64,000 bases of DNA, taken from the NCBI GenBank assembly GCA_016192455.1, contig JACPUC010000030.1, positions 62,001 through 126,000 on the forward strand, written 5' to 3'. Shown in pieces: positions 51,055 to 59,008 of the stretch. Each line of letters starts with the position of its first letter. Position 1 is the stretch's first letter. The notes below the pieces were generated by a model. The model was not told where the DNA came from. It did not search any database and was given only the letters and a program-made list of their open reading frames with translations. The DNA is from Candidatus Tectimicrobiota bacterium (GTDB lineage Bacteria > JACPUC01). Position numbers and translations under genes: made by a program.

Positions 51055-52119
51055 ATGGATATCTCGGAACTCCTGATGTTTGCCGTCAAGCAGGGCGCTT
51101 CGGACGTTCATCTGAGCTCCGGAGAGCCGCCCATCGTGCGCGTCTCGGGCGACATGAAGCGGGTGAAGGTGCCGGTGCTGACGAAGGAAGAAGTCCACGG
51201 CATGATCTACGACGTCATGAACGATAACCAGCGCAAGGTCTTTGAAGAGATCTACGAGCTGGACTTCTCCATCGATCTCGGCACGGTGGCCCGCTTCCGC
51301 GTCAACGCCTTCCGGCAGCGGCGCGGCGAGGCGGCGGTGTTCCGGCAGATTCCCACCGAAATCCTCAGCATGGAGCAGCTTGGCCTGCCGCCGATCTGCC
51401 GCGAGCTCTGCGACCGCGAGCGCGGCCTCATCCTCTGCACCGGCCCCACCGGCAGCGGCAAGTCCACCACGCTGGCGGCCATGGTCGATTTCATCAACCG
51501 CGAGAAAGCCGGGCACATCCTCACCGTGGAGGACCCCATCGAGTTCGTGCACCAGTCGAAGAACTGCCTCATCAGCCAGCGCGAGCTGGGGCCGCACACG
51601 CACTCCTTCGCCAATGCCCTGAAGAGCGCCCTGCGCGAGGACCCCGATTACATCCTGGTGGGCGAGATGCGCGACCTCGAGACCATTTCGCTGGCCCTCA
51701 CCGCGGCGGAGACCGGCCACCTCGTCTTCGGCACCCTGCACACCAGCAGCGCCCCGAAGACCGTGGACCGCATCATCGACGTCTTCCCCTCGGCGCAGCA
51801 GGCGCAGGTGCGCGCCATGTTTGCCGAGTCGATCGTGGCGGTGATCTCCCAGGCCCTGCTGCGCCGCAAGGAGAAGGGCCGCGTCGGTGCCCAGGAGATC
51901 ATGATCGGCGTGCCGGCGGTGCGCAACCTCATCCGCGAGGGGAAGATTCACCAGATTCCCTCGGCCATTCAGACCGGCCAGAAGTTCGGCATGCAGACGC
52001 TCGAACAGGCGGTGCTGACGCTCTACGAGAAGGGGATCGTCAGCCGGGAGGAGGCCTTGCTCAAGTGCCCCGGCCTCTTCCGCGAAGAGCAGGTGGAGCA
52101 GCGCAAGGCGGTGGCGTAG
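51055..52119 (+). CDS. pilT: Type IV pilus retraction ATPase PilT
   Basis: ASDVHL, GPTGSGKSTT, ALREDPD, GHLVFGTLHT, AVRNLIRE, GMQT. Confidence 0.96.
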   Translation: MDISELLMFAVKQGASDVHLSSGEPPIVRVSGDMKRVKVPVLTKEEVHGMIYDVMNDNQRKVFEEIYELDFSIDLGTVARFRVNAFRQRRGEAAVFRQIPTEILSMEQLGLPPICRELCDRERGLILCTGPTGSGKSTTLAAMVDFINREKAGHILTVEDPIEFVHQSKNCLISQRELGPHTHSFANALKSALREDPDYILVGEMRDLETISLALTAAETGHLVFGTLHTSSAPKTVDRIIDVFPSAQQAQVRAMFAESIVAVISQALLRRKEKGRVGAQEIMIGVPAVRNLIREGKIHQIPSAIQTGQKFGMQTLEQAVLTLYEKGIVSREEALLKCPGLFREEQVEQRKAVA

Positions 52120-52211
52120 CGAACCGGCGCGGGCGGGCGTGAGGCTGGCGGCGCCGGCCGCCGCGGCCGCGAGGGCCGGCACGAACCCTTTGCACGCAGG
52201 GGGACCCTGCA

Positions 52212-53321
52212 ATGACCATCAAGGACCTGTTGAAGATCATGGTGGAGCGCGACGCCTCGGACGTCTACTTGACGGCGGAGGCGCCCCCGATGTACCGCAT
52301 CGACGGCGTCAACCGACCCGCCGGCAAAACGCCGCTCACCGCCCAGATGACCGACGCCCTGGCCGCCTCTGCGATGACTGAAAAGCAGCGAGCCGAGTTC
52401 GACGAGACCATGGAGATGAACCTCGCCCTCTACTACCCCGAGCTGGGGCGCTTCCGCGTCAACATCTTCCGGCAGCGCGGCTGCACCGGCATGGTCATCC
52501 GGCAGATCAAGGTCGATATCGTGACGATGGACCAGCTCAAGCTGCCGCCGATTATCAAAGACGTCATTATGACAAAGCGCGGCCTCATCGTCGTCGTCGG
52601 CGCCACCGGCTCGGGGAAATCGACCTCGCTGGCCGCCATGATCGACTACCGCAACACCCACGAGGCGGGGCACATCATCACCATCGAGGACCCGGTGGAA
52701 TTCGTCCACCCGCATAAGAAATCCGTCGTCACGCAGCGCGAGGTCGGCATGGACACGCACTCCTTCCACGCCGCCCTGAAGAACACCCTGCGCCAGGCGC
52801 CCGACGTCATCCTCATCGGCGAAATCCGCGACACCGAGACCATGGAGGCCGCCATCACCTTCGCCGAGACCGGCCACCTCTGCCTGGGAACGCTGCACTC
52901 GAACAACGCCAACCAGGCGATGGAGCGCATCCTCAACTTCTTCCCCCAGGAGCGCCACGAGCAGATTCTCTTGCAGCTCGCCCTCAACCTGCGCTCCATC
53001 ATCTCGCAGCGCCTGGTGCGCACGGTGGACGGCAAGCGCGCCGCCGCCGTGGAGATTCTCCTCAACACGCCGCGCATGGCCGACCTGATCATGAAGGGAG
53101 AGATCGAGAGCCTGAAGGACACCATGGAGCACAGCATTCAGGACGGCATGCAGACCTTCGACCAGGCGCTCTTCAAGCTCTACCAGGAGGGCCGCATCTC
53201 CTACGAGGACGCCCTGGCCAATGCCGACAGCGCCAACAACCTGCGTCTGAAGATCAAGATGGCGAAGCTCGACGAAGGCGCCGAAGAGGAGGTGGAGGAG
53301 AAGAGCTCGTTGAAGATTTGA
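52212..53321 (+). CDS. pilU: PilU twitching-motility ATPase
   Basis: GATGSGKSTS, LRQAPDVILIGE, TLHSNNANQA, ADSANNLRL; follows pilT. Confidence 0.93.
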   Translation: MTIKDLLKIMVERDASDVYLTAEAPPMYRIDGVNRPAGKTPLTAQMTDALAASAMTEKQRAEFDETMEMNLALYYPELGRFRVNIFRQRGCTGMVIRQIKVDIVTMDQLKLPPIIKDVIMTKRGLIVVVGATGSGKSTSLAAMIDYRNTHEAGHIITIEDPVEFVHPHKKSVVTQREVGMDTHSFHAALKNTLRQAPDVILIGEIRDTETMEAAITFAETGHLCLGTLHSNNANQAMERILNFFPQERHEQILLQLALNLRSIISQRLVRTVDGKRAAAVEILLNTPRMADLIMKGEIESLKDTMEHSIQDGMQTFDQALFKLYQEGRISYEDALANADSANNLRLKIKMAKLDEGAEEEVEEKSSLKI

Positions 53322-53380
53322 GGGTTTCGCGGCAAGCCTCGGAAGGTTCTGCGGACGGGCCACGTCAGGGATTACTCTAG

Positions 53381-54277
53381 ATGTTGAGAACCCTCGGCAA
53401 GTGGGCTGTTGGATTGTTCGTAGGGATATTAGGGATTCCATTAAATTGGGGGATTGAGTTCTTTTCCAAATTGCGATCCAGGGAAGGGTACGTGCTTTTT
53501 TTCACAATTATCGGTGCATACGTGGCGCTCTATGCGATATTCGTAAGCCAGCACGAACGGCAATTGAATCGTGCGCTGTTTGAACGCCAAGCATTCCTTT
53601 CGATGGTCTCCTCTAACAATCGGGAGATGATTATCACAGCGATGAAAAATTTTGGACCTATCCAATCAATAGAGGTCCGGCAAGAACCATCTCTTTTCAA
53701 GCCATGGACTTGGCTACCGTGGAATTACCTCAAGCCCAATGAAAGCCCCCTCTATCTCTGGGCCCAAACTTTCTTGAACCAATGTGAACCAGGAACCTGC
53801 GGATACACTAAACCTCGTTCAGGTGATAGTTATAGGATTGACCTGCGCCTGGCAAATCTGGAAGGAGCCAACCTGGGCATGAATTGGGTTCTGCGGGCCA
53901 ATTTGAATGGAGCCGACTTACTATGGGCGAAGCTAAGTAAAGCCAATTTGCAAAGAGCCATGTTGCGCGGCGCGCTCATGGGGTCAGTCGACCTGCAGGG
54001 TGCGAATTTACGGTGGGCTGATCTACGCGAAGCTTGCATGGGTTTGGCAACATTGGTGGATACTGACCTGTTCGAAGCAGACCTGCGTAAATCTTCTTTG
54101 CGCTCAGCAGATCTGAAAAGGGCTAATGTAACGAAGGCCGATCTACGTGGTGCCGACCTTTGTTGGGCAAGGAACCTGGCAAATGATCAGATAAAAAGCG
54201 CGAAAACAAACGGCGAAACCTTATTGCCTGGTAATCCACAATGTGTGATAGAGAGGCGTTGCCCACACGCCCCCTAA
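53381..54277 (+). CDS. Membrane-anchored pentapeptide-repeat protein (AT-richer, likely acquired)
   Basis: N-terminal TM segments; A(N/D)LxG/A pentapeptide repeats; abrupt compositional shift. Confidence 0.85.
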   Translation: MLRTLGKWAVGLFVGILGIPLNWGIEFFSKLRSREGYVLFFTIIGAYVALYAIFVSQHERQLNRALFERQAFLSMVSSNNREMIITAMKNFGPIQSIEVRQEPSLFKPWTWLPWNYLKPNESPLYLWAQTFLNQCEPGTCGYTKPRSGDSYRIDLRLANLEGANLGMNWVLRANLNGADLLWAKLSKANLQRAMLRGALMGSVDLQGANLRWADLREACMGLATLVDTDLFEADLRKSSLRSADLKRANVTKADLRGADLCWARNLANDQIKSAKTNGETLLPGNPQCVIERRCPHAP

Positions 54278-54477
54278 AACTTTTGAACCATCTGAGTTTC
54301 AGGTTCTCTCTGCAGGATGCTGGTGCAAGTGGTGGGTTCCACTTAAAAACGAAGAGCCAGCACAATAACTGGGAATTATACCAGTCCTCTCACCACTAAG
54401 AATCTCCTTCGACCTGAAGTGTGGAGCATCGAGAATCCCCTGCTGTGCCTGCAAAGTACGTCGCTCCCCCACTCTCC

Positions 54478-55065
54478 CTACTTCACCTCCGCGAGCAATT
54501 TCCTGAACAGCTTCAGCGACTCCTCGCCGTCCCACTGGCGGGGGCCGATGCCCATGCCGACGAGGTCGCCGCGGTGGTCGATGATGAAGGTGGTGGGGGT
54601 GCCCCGCACCATGTAGAGAATCTGCGCCGCCCCCTCCGGGTCGAGGAGGATTGGGAAGGGGATGGCGTGCTTCTTTACGAAGGGGGCCACCGCCGACTTC
54701 CCCTCGCGGTCGATGGCAACGCCCACCAGCACGAACTTGTCGTTCTTCAGGAGCTCCGACAGCTTGATGAGAGAGGCACGCTCTCGCGCGCAGTAGGGTC
54801 ACCAGGTGGCCCAGAAGTTGAGGAGCATCACCTTGCCCTTGAAGTCGCTCAGCTTCACCGTCTTGTCGTCGAGGTTCGGCAGCGCCACGTCCGGCGCCTG
54901 GATGCCGGGCGGCGCCGGGTGCAGACCGAGCGCGCCCAGCTCCTCCTTGTAGGGGTTCTCCGGAGTCGGCGGGGTCTCGGCGACCGCGCGCCGGCCAAGC
55001 AGGGCGAACGCGAGCAGCACGGCACACGCTACCAGAATGACGTTACGCCGCTGCACTGATGCCAT
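54478..55065 (-). CDS. TlpA/ResA-like redoxin, putative selenoprotein (WATW-U-PYC, TGA 54801-54799)
   Basis: Two ORF-track pieces join in frame to 195 aa: APDVAL...KGKVMLLNFWATW*PYC..E...GTPTTFIID; SECIS-like hairpin 54771-54785. Confidence 0.9.
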
Positions 55066-55316
55066 GAGATGCTCCTTCAACCCCGTTTCGTTCCAACCCG
55101 CCCATACAGGCCCTCGACATCGACTTGCGGCGTGGCGACGCGCGCCGCGCAAGCTTGATTCCTACCGGGCAACGCGGTCAGGCGCTGAGGTATTCCCCCA
55201 CCGCCGGGGCCCCGCCGCGGCAGGGGCCCGCCTCCACCTGGATGCCGCAGCGCGGCGGGCGCGTCTGCCTTCAGGATGAGCCGGCGGGGTCCGGGGCGGC
55301 GCGGTCGCCACGCGGC

Positions 55317-55910
55317 TCAATGCAGGGATTTCGGCCCCACGCGGATCACCGTCATCATGAGGTCGTCCTCGCCGATGCTCTTGATGGTGTGCCGCCAGTT
55401 CGTGGGGACGGTGAACCAGGAACCGGCCGGAACGGCTTTCACGACCTCCCCCTTGGCATCCATCAAAAGCCCCAGGCCCTGCTCGATGTAGCAAATCTCC
55501 GTGGTGCTCATGATCCCCACATTTCCCCCGTTGGGGATGCGCGCCTTGCGGACGGAGAACCAGACGTCATTGCCGAAGTCGACCTTGGCGATGAGCTTCG
55601 CAAAGAACTTCTCTCCCATGCCGGTCGGCTGAAAGGGGAGGGCTTCATCGGGAAGCACGACCTGCTTCTCGAAGCTGCTGATGAGGAGGTCGGGGTCGGG
55701 CACCTTGCCCATCTCCATCGTAGGCATTGGTGGTGTGCGCATCGGTTGCCCGGCGTCGGGTTGCATGCTCTGCATCGGCTGCTGCATCGGCATGGACGAG
55801 GGCGCGCCCGGTTGTCTGCGCGGCATGCTCGGCATTCCCTGCGCCAAGACGCCCGCGGAGCCGAGCCACACCACGAGCATTCCCACCACACTCGCGAGAA
55901 CCCCCCTCAT
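55317..55910 (-). CDS. Exported cupin-domain protein with Met/Gln/Pro-rich N-terminal region
   Basis: Signal peptide; MPSMP..MPMQQPMQSMQ..MRTPPMPTMEM; cupin motif 2 GSWFTVPTNWRH. Confidence 0.75.
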   Translation of the reverse strand: MRGVLASVVGMLVVWLGSAGVLAQGMPSMPRRQPGAPSSMPMQQPMQSMQPDAGQPMRTPPMPTMEMGKVPDPDLLISSFEKQVVLPDEALPFQPTGMGEKFFAKLIAKVDFGNDVWFSVRKARIPNGGNVGIMSTTEICYIEQGLGLLMDAKGEVVKAVPAGSWFTVPTNWRHTIKSIGEDDLMMTVIRVGPKSLH

Positions 55911-55961
55911 GGTCTCCCCTCCTACTGGAGCCACGGGCCGCCGCCGGCCGCGTCGCCTCGG

Positions 55962-56282
55962 TTACTCTCCGGCGGGTTTCTCCGCGGCCCCTCCGGGATC
56001 GCTGGACAGAACGCCGGCCCGGAACCCCACGGACCTGAGGGCGGCGATCATCTGCGCCGCGCCGACGCGGGCTGGGTCGAATGCCACCTCGGCCTTCGCC
56101 TCGCGCAAGCTCACCTGCGCCTTCTCAACTCCGTCGAGCCTCTCCAAGGCTCGTTGAGCGATGATCACTCACGTCCCTCACGTCAGCCCCTCGACGCGCA
56201 GGCTCAGGTTCTCCGCCAGCGCGGCGGCGCTGCCGAGACCGAGGATGCTGGCCGCCAAGAGCAGCGTGACCCAGGTGCGCAT
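55962..56282 (-). CDS. Exported MerP/CopZ-like HMA chaperone, putative double selenoprotein (GLT-U-GT-U)
   Basis: MRTWVTLLLAASILGLGSAAALA-ENLSLRVEGLT*GT*VIIAQRALERLDGVEKAQVSL...; TGA at 56180-56178 and 56171-56169; hairpin 56135-56153. Confidence 0.88.
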
Positions 56283-56284
56283 GC

Positions 56285-56569
56285 TCACTCCTCCCTCTCC
56301 AGGGCGAAGACGCCGTAGGCATGCAGCAGGCGAAACGTCTCGCCGCAGTGCTCGAGGCGGTCGCCCGCGGCGGCCTCATCCGGCAGGGTGAGCATGGTCC
56401 CGCACGCCGGACAGCTCGCGCGCTTGACGATCATGAGGCCGTACCGACCGTGTCGCTCCGAAACTCGGAACAGGAGCCCGGCTCAGTTGGCGCACTCGAA
56501 GCCCTCGCCCGGGCGCGCCCGCGGCCCAAGCTCGACCTCTTGCCCTCAGCCAGGACAGAGCGCCTTCAT
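56285..56569 (-). CDS. Tandem zinc-ribbon protein, putative double selenoprotein (CPG-U ... CAN-U)
   Basis: GGAGG RBS; MKALCPG*GQEVELGPRARPGEGFECAN*AGLLFRVSERHGRYGLMIVKRASCPACGTMLTLPDEAAAGDRLEHCGETFRLLHAYGVFALEREE; fills the gap between grx and HMA genes. Confidence 0.82.
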
Positions 56570-56600
56570 GCCGCCTCCCGATCAGGTGGGTACGTTGAAG

Positions 56601-56834
56601 CTACAGGTGCAGGAGCTGCTTCAGCCGCCCCAGGTCGAAGCCCACGACCACCTCGTCGTCCACTGTGATCACCGGCACGGCAAGCCGACCCGTCTTCGCC
56701 TTCAGCTCGGCGATGGCGCCTTGGTCCGCTTCGACGTTCCGCTCCACGAAGGCGATCTGGTTCTGTGAAAGGAACTCTTTCACCTGTTTGCAGGGCCTTC
56801 ACGTAGGGCTGGTAAAGACCATGACGTTGGGCAT
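56601..56834 (-). CDS. Glutaredoxin/NrdH-like protein, putative selenoprotein (U-RP-C)
   Basis: MPNVMVFTSPT*RPCKQVKEFL...AVPVITVDDEVVVGFD; TGA 56801-56799; hairpin 56765-56783. Confidence 0.92.
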
Positions 56835-56875
56835 CGTTCTCCCTCCCTATGAATTACGGCTGGCGAGGCAGATCC

Positions 56876-57259
56876 TCAGTTCATCGCGCCTTGCAGCAGC
56901 GCGGCGGTTGCGTCCGGGAAGAGATCGAGCGCCAGCGCCGCCAGCAGCGCCAGGGTGGCGCCCAGCAGCATAACGAGGTTGAGGCGCGCCCCGATGAAGC
57001 GGCATGCCACCGCGCGGCAGCGTCGGCGCTCCCTGAAGTATAACGCATACGAGCCAAGAACTCCGAACACGCCGGCTGGCAGGAAGATGGAACGGTACTG
57101 CATCGTCGTGCCCATGAACGCCCCTGTCCCAAGCCCCGTGAGCACGACGAGAAGCGGCAGGACGCAGCAGAGCGAGGCGACGAAGGCCGCCCCTAGGCTC
57201 ACCGCGCCCACTCCGAAAGCGCGCAGGCACTCTCGACCGGCATGCAGGGATACTCTCAT
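56876..57259 (-). CDS. MerT-like mercuric/soft-metal transport protein
   Basis: ASLCCVLPL in TM1, second Cys pair CRAVAC in a loop, three TM segments. Confidence 0.8.
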   Translation of the reverse strand: MRVSLHAGRECLRAFGVGAVSLGAAFVASLCCVLPLLVVLTGLGTGAFMGTTMQYRSIFLPAGVFGVLGSYALYFRERRRCRAVACRFIGARLNLVMLLGATLALLAALALDLFPDATAALLQGAMN

Positions 57260-57439
57260 GAAACGTCCCCTGAACCGGCTTCACAAGCGCAAGACTGGAC
57301 GTCCCGCGTCGCCAGCCGCGTCCACGCCGCGCAGGGTCGCTGCTTGGGGATGACGCCGCGACCGGCGCTGGACCCTGCTGTCAAAGAAAACGATGCGCCG
57401 ACGGGGTTTTATTCGCCCAGCGGCGAAATTTTTCCGCTC

Positions 57440-58750
57440 CTACACCTTGTTCATCTTCAGCTCATCGAGGGGGTACCAGGTATCCCGCCAGGTGATGCCA
57501 TGGTTGCGCAGGGTGACGATGGCCGACCTCCAGAGGATGTAGAGGAAGACGAGGGCGGCGAGTGGAAAACCCAGGCCGTACCAAGGGCGCATGCCGTAGA
57601 ACCTGGCGTTGTCCCAACAGAGCAGGACAAGGCTGAGGAGGATGAGCCCGTTGAGGAGCCGGGTAAGGCCGTCGGTGGCGGCGAGGGCCGCGAACGGCCA
57701 CACATCAACCAGCAGCAGGGCGAGGGTGGAGGCGATGACGACGGAGAGGCGGTAGTCGATGCCGGCGAAGGCGTTCTTCATCAAGCCGTCGATCATCTCG
57801 CGCAGCGAGGTGTACCACTCCACCGCCAGCATCCCCTGGCCGAGGAGCACCTCCTGCCGGAAGCCGGACTTCTTCACCAGCTTGCCCAGCTTCACGTCAT
57901 CATCGGGGCGCATGGCAATGGCCCGGTGCGTGCCGATGGCATCGTAGACGCCGCGCCGCAGCAGGTTGAAGGCGCCGATGCCAAGGTGACAGCGGCTCGC
58001 CGCGTCCCGCGCCTTCCACGGTTTCGTGTAGCTGATGAAGAAGACGCCGAAGGCGGCGGCAAGCCAGTTCAGCAGCACGCCGGGCATGGTGAGGCGCGGG
58101 AAGACGGTGAGGTGATCGAGGCGCTCCCGCAGCAGGAAACGGGTGGCGCGGCGGAGCACGGTCGGTTCCATGACGACATCGGCATCGGTGAAGAGAAGCA
58201 GCTCGCCGCGGGAGTGCAGCGCCCCCTGGTGCAAGGCGTGGTTCTTCCCCAGCCACCCCGGCGGCAGCTCGCTGACATGGAGAACCCGCAGACGTTCCTG
58301 CCGCCGAGCCAGCTCATCCAGAATGGCGCCGGTGCGGTCGGTGGAACGATCGTCGACCGCCAGCACCTCGTAGGCATCGTACTCCTGCGCCAGCACCGAC
58401 AGCAGCGCCTGCCTGAGGTTACGCGCCTCGTTCCGCGCGGCGATGATCACCGACACCGTGGGGGCCGCGCCCGCCACGGCGGCCGAGGTTTTGGCGGCGC
58501 GCGGCGACGCCGTGCTACGAGGCGAAACGTGACGGGATGCCTCCACCGAGGCGCCGGCCGCTGCCGGGAATGGCGAGAGAGGGTGCGCCTCAACCTTCCC
58601 TGCTTCGCCAGGGGCGCCGGGGGGGAGATCACGCAGGAACTGCAAGGTGCGGTTGCCGCGCGCCATCCGCAGCGCGATGCCGAGGCCGAGGACGAGGGTC
58701 GCGAGGGCGAGGGAGAAGAGGATGGGATGACCCAGGGAGAGTGCCGGCAT
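57440..58750 (-). CDS. GT2 family glycosyltransferase, membrane-bound
   Basis: SVIIAARNE, VDDRSTD, GWLGKNHAL, FTDAD, DDVKLG; start uncertain. Confidence 0.9.
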   Translation of the reverse strand: MPALSLGHPILFSLALATLVLGLGIALRMARGNRTLQFLRDLPPGAPGEAGKVEAHPLSPFPAAAGASVEASRHVSPRSTASPRAAKTSAAVAGAAPTVSVIIAARNEARNLRQALLSVLAQEYDAYEVLAVDDRSTDRTGAILDELARRQERLRVLHVSELPPGWLGKNHALHQGALHSRGELLLFTDADVVMEPTVLRRATRFLLRERLDHLTVFPRLTMPGVLLNWLAAAFGVFFISYTKPWKARDAASRCHLGIGAFNLLRRGVYDAIGTHRAIAMRPDDDVKLGKLVKKSGFRQEVLLGQGMLAVEWYTSLREMIDGLMKNAFAGIDYRLSVVIASTLALLLVDVWPFAALAATDGLTRLLNGLILLSLVLLCWDNARFYGMRPWYGLGFPLAALVFLYILWRSAIVTLRNHGITWRDTWYPLDELKMNKV

Positions 58751-59008
58751 GGATGGTTGGGGAGCGCCTTGCCGCTTCGCTGGGGTTGGGGGACCGCGCG
58801 CCGTCCCGCCGCGGCTCTTCCCCTGGGGTGCGGCCGGATACCACCCGGCAAGCAGCGCGGGTAACCTGAAGGACACCACGACAGGCGCGGCCTAGCTCTC
58901 AGGAGATAGGGGAGACCGAGGGCCAGCGTCACGTTGCCGCTGCCGCCGCGCCTCCCTCCGCCTCTCCGCCGCCGCCATCCACCCACCCAGCCCGGCAAGC
59001 CGCAAGGC

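Noticed and set aside
54478-56834. Pseudogene decay of the metal cluster
   Set aside because: All six interruptions are TGA (no TAA/TAG or frameshifts), all at motif cysteines, with intact RBSs and downstream hairpins
56876-57259. Calling the cluster a classical mer operon
   Set aside because: No merA, merB or merR in the window; the metal substrate is unproven
57350-57390. MerR-type promoter upstream of the merT-like gene
   Set aside because: TTGACA is present on the minus strand (57384-57379), but no convincing -10 at 19 nt and no clear dyad
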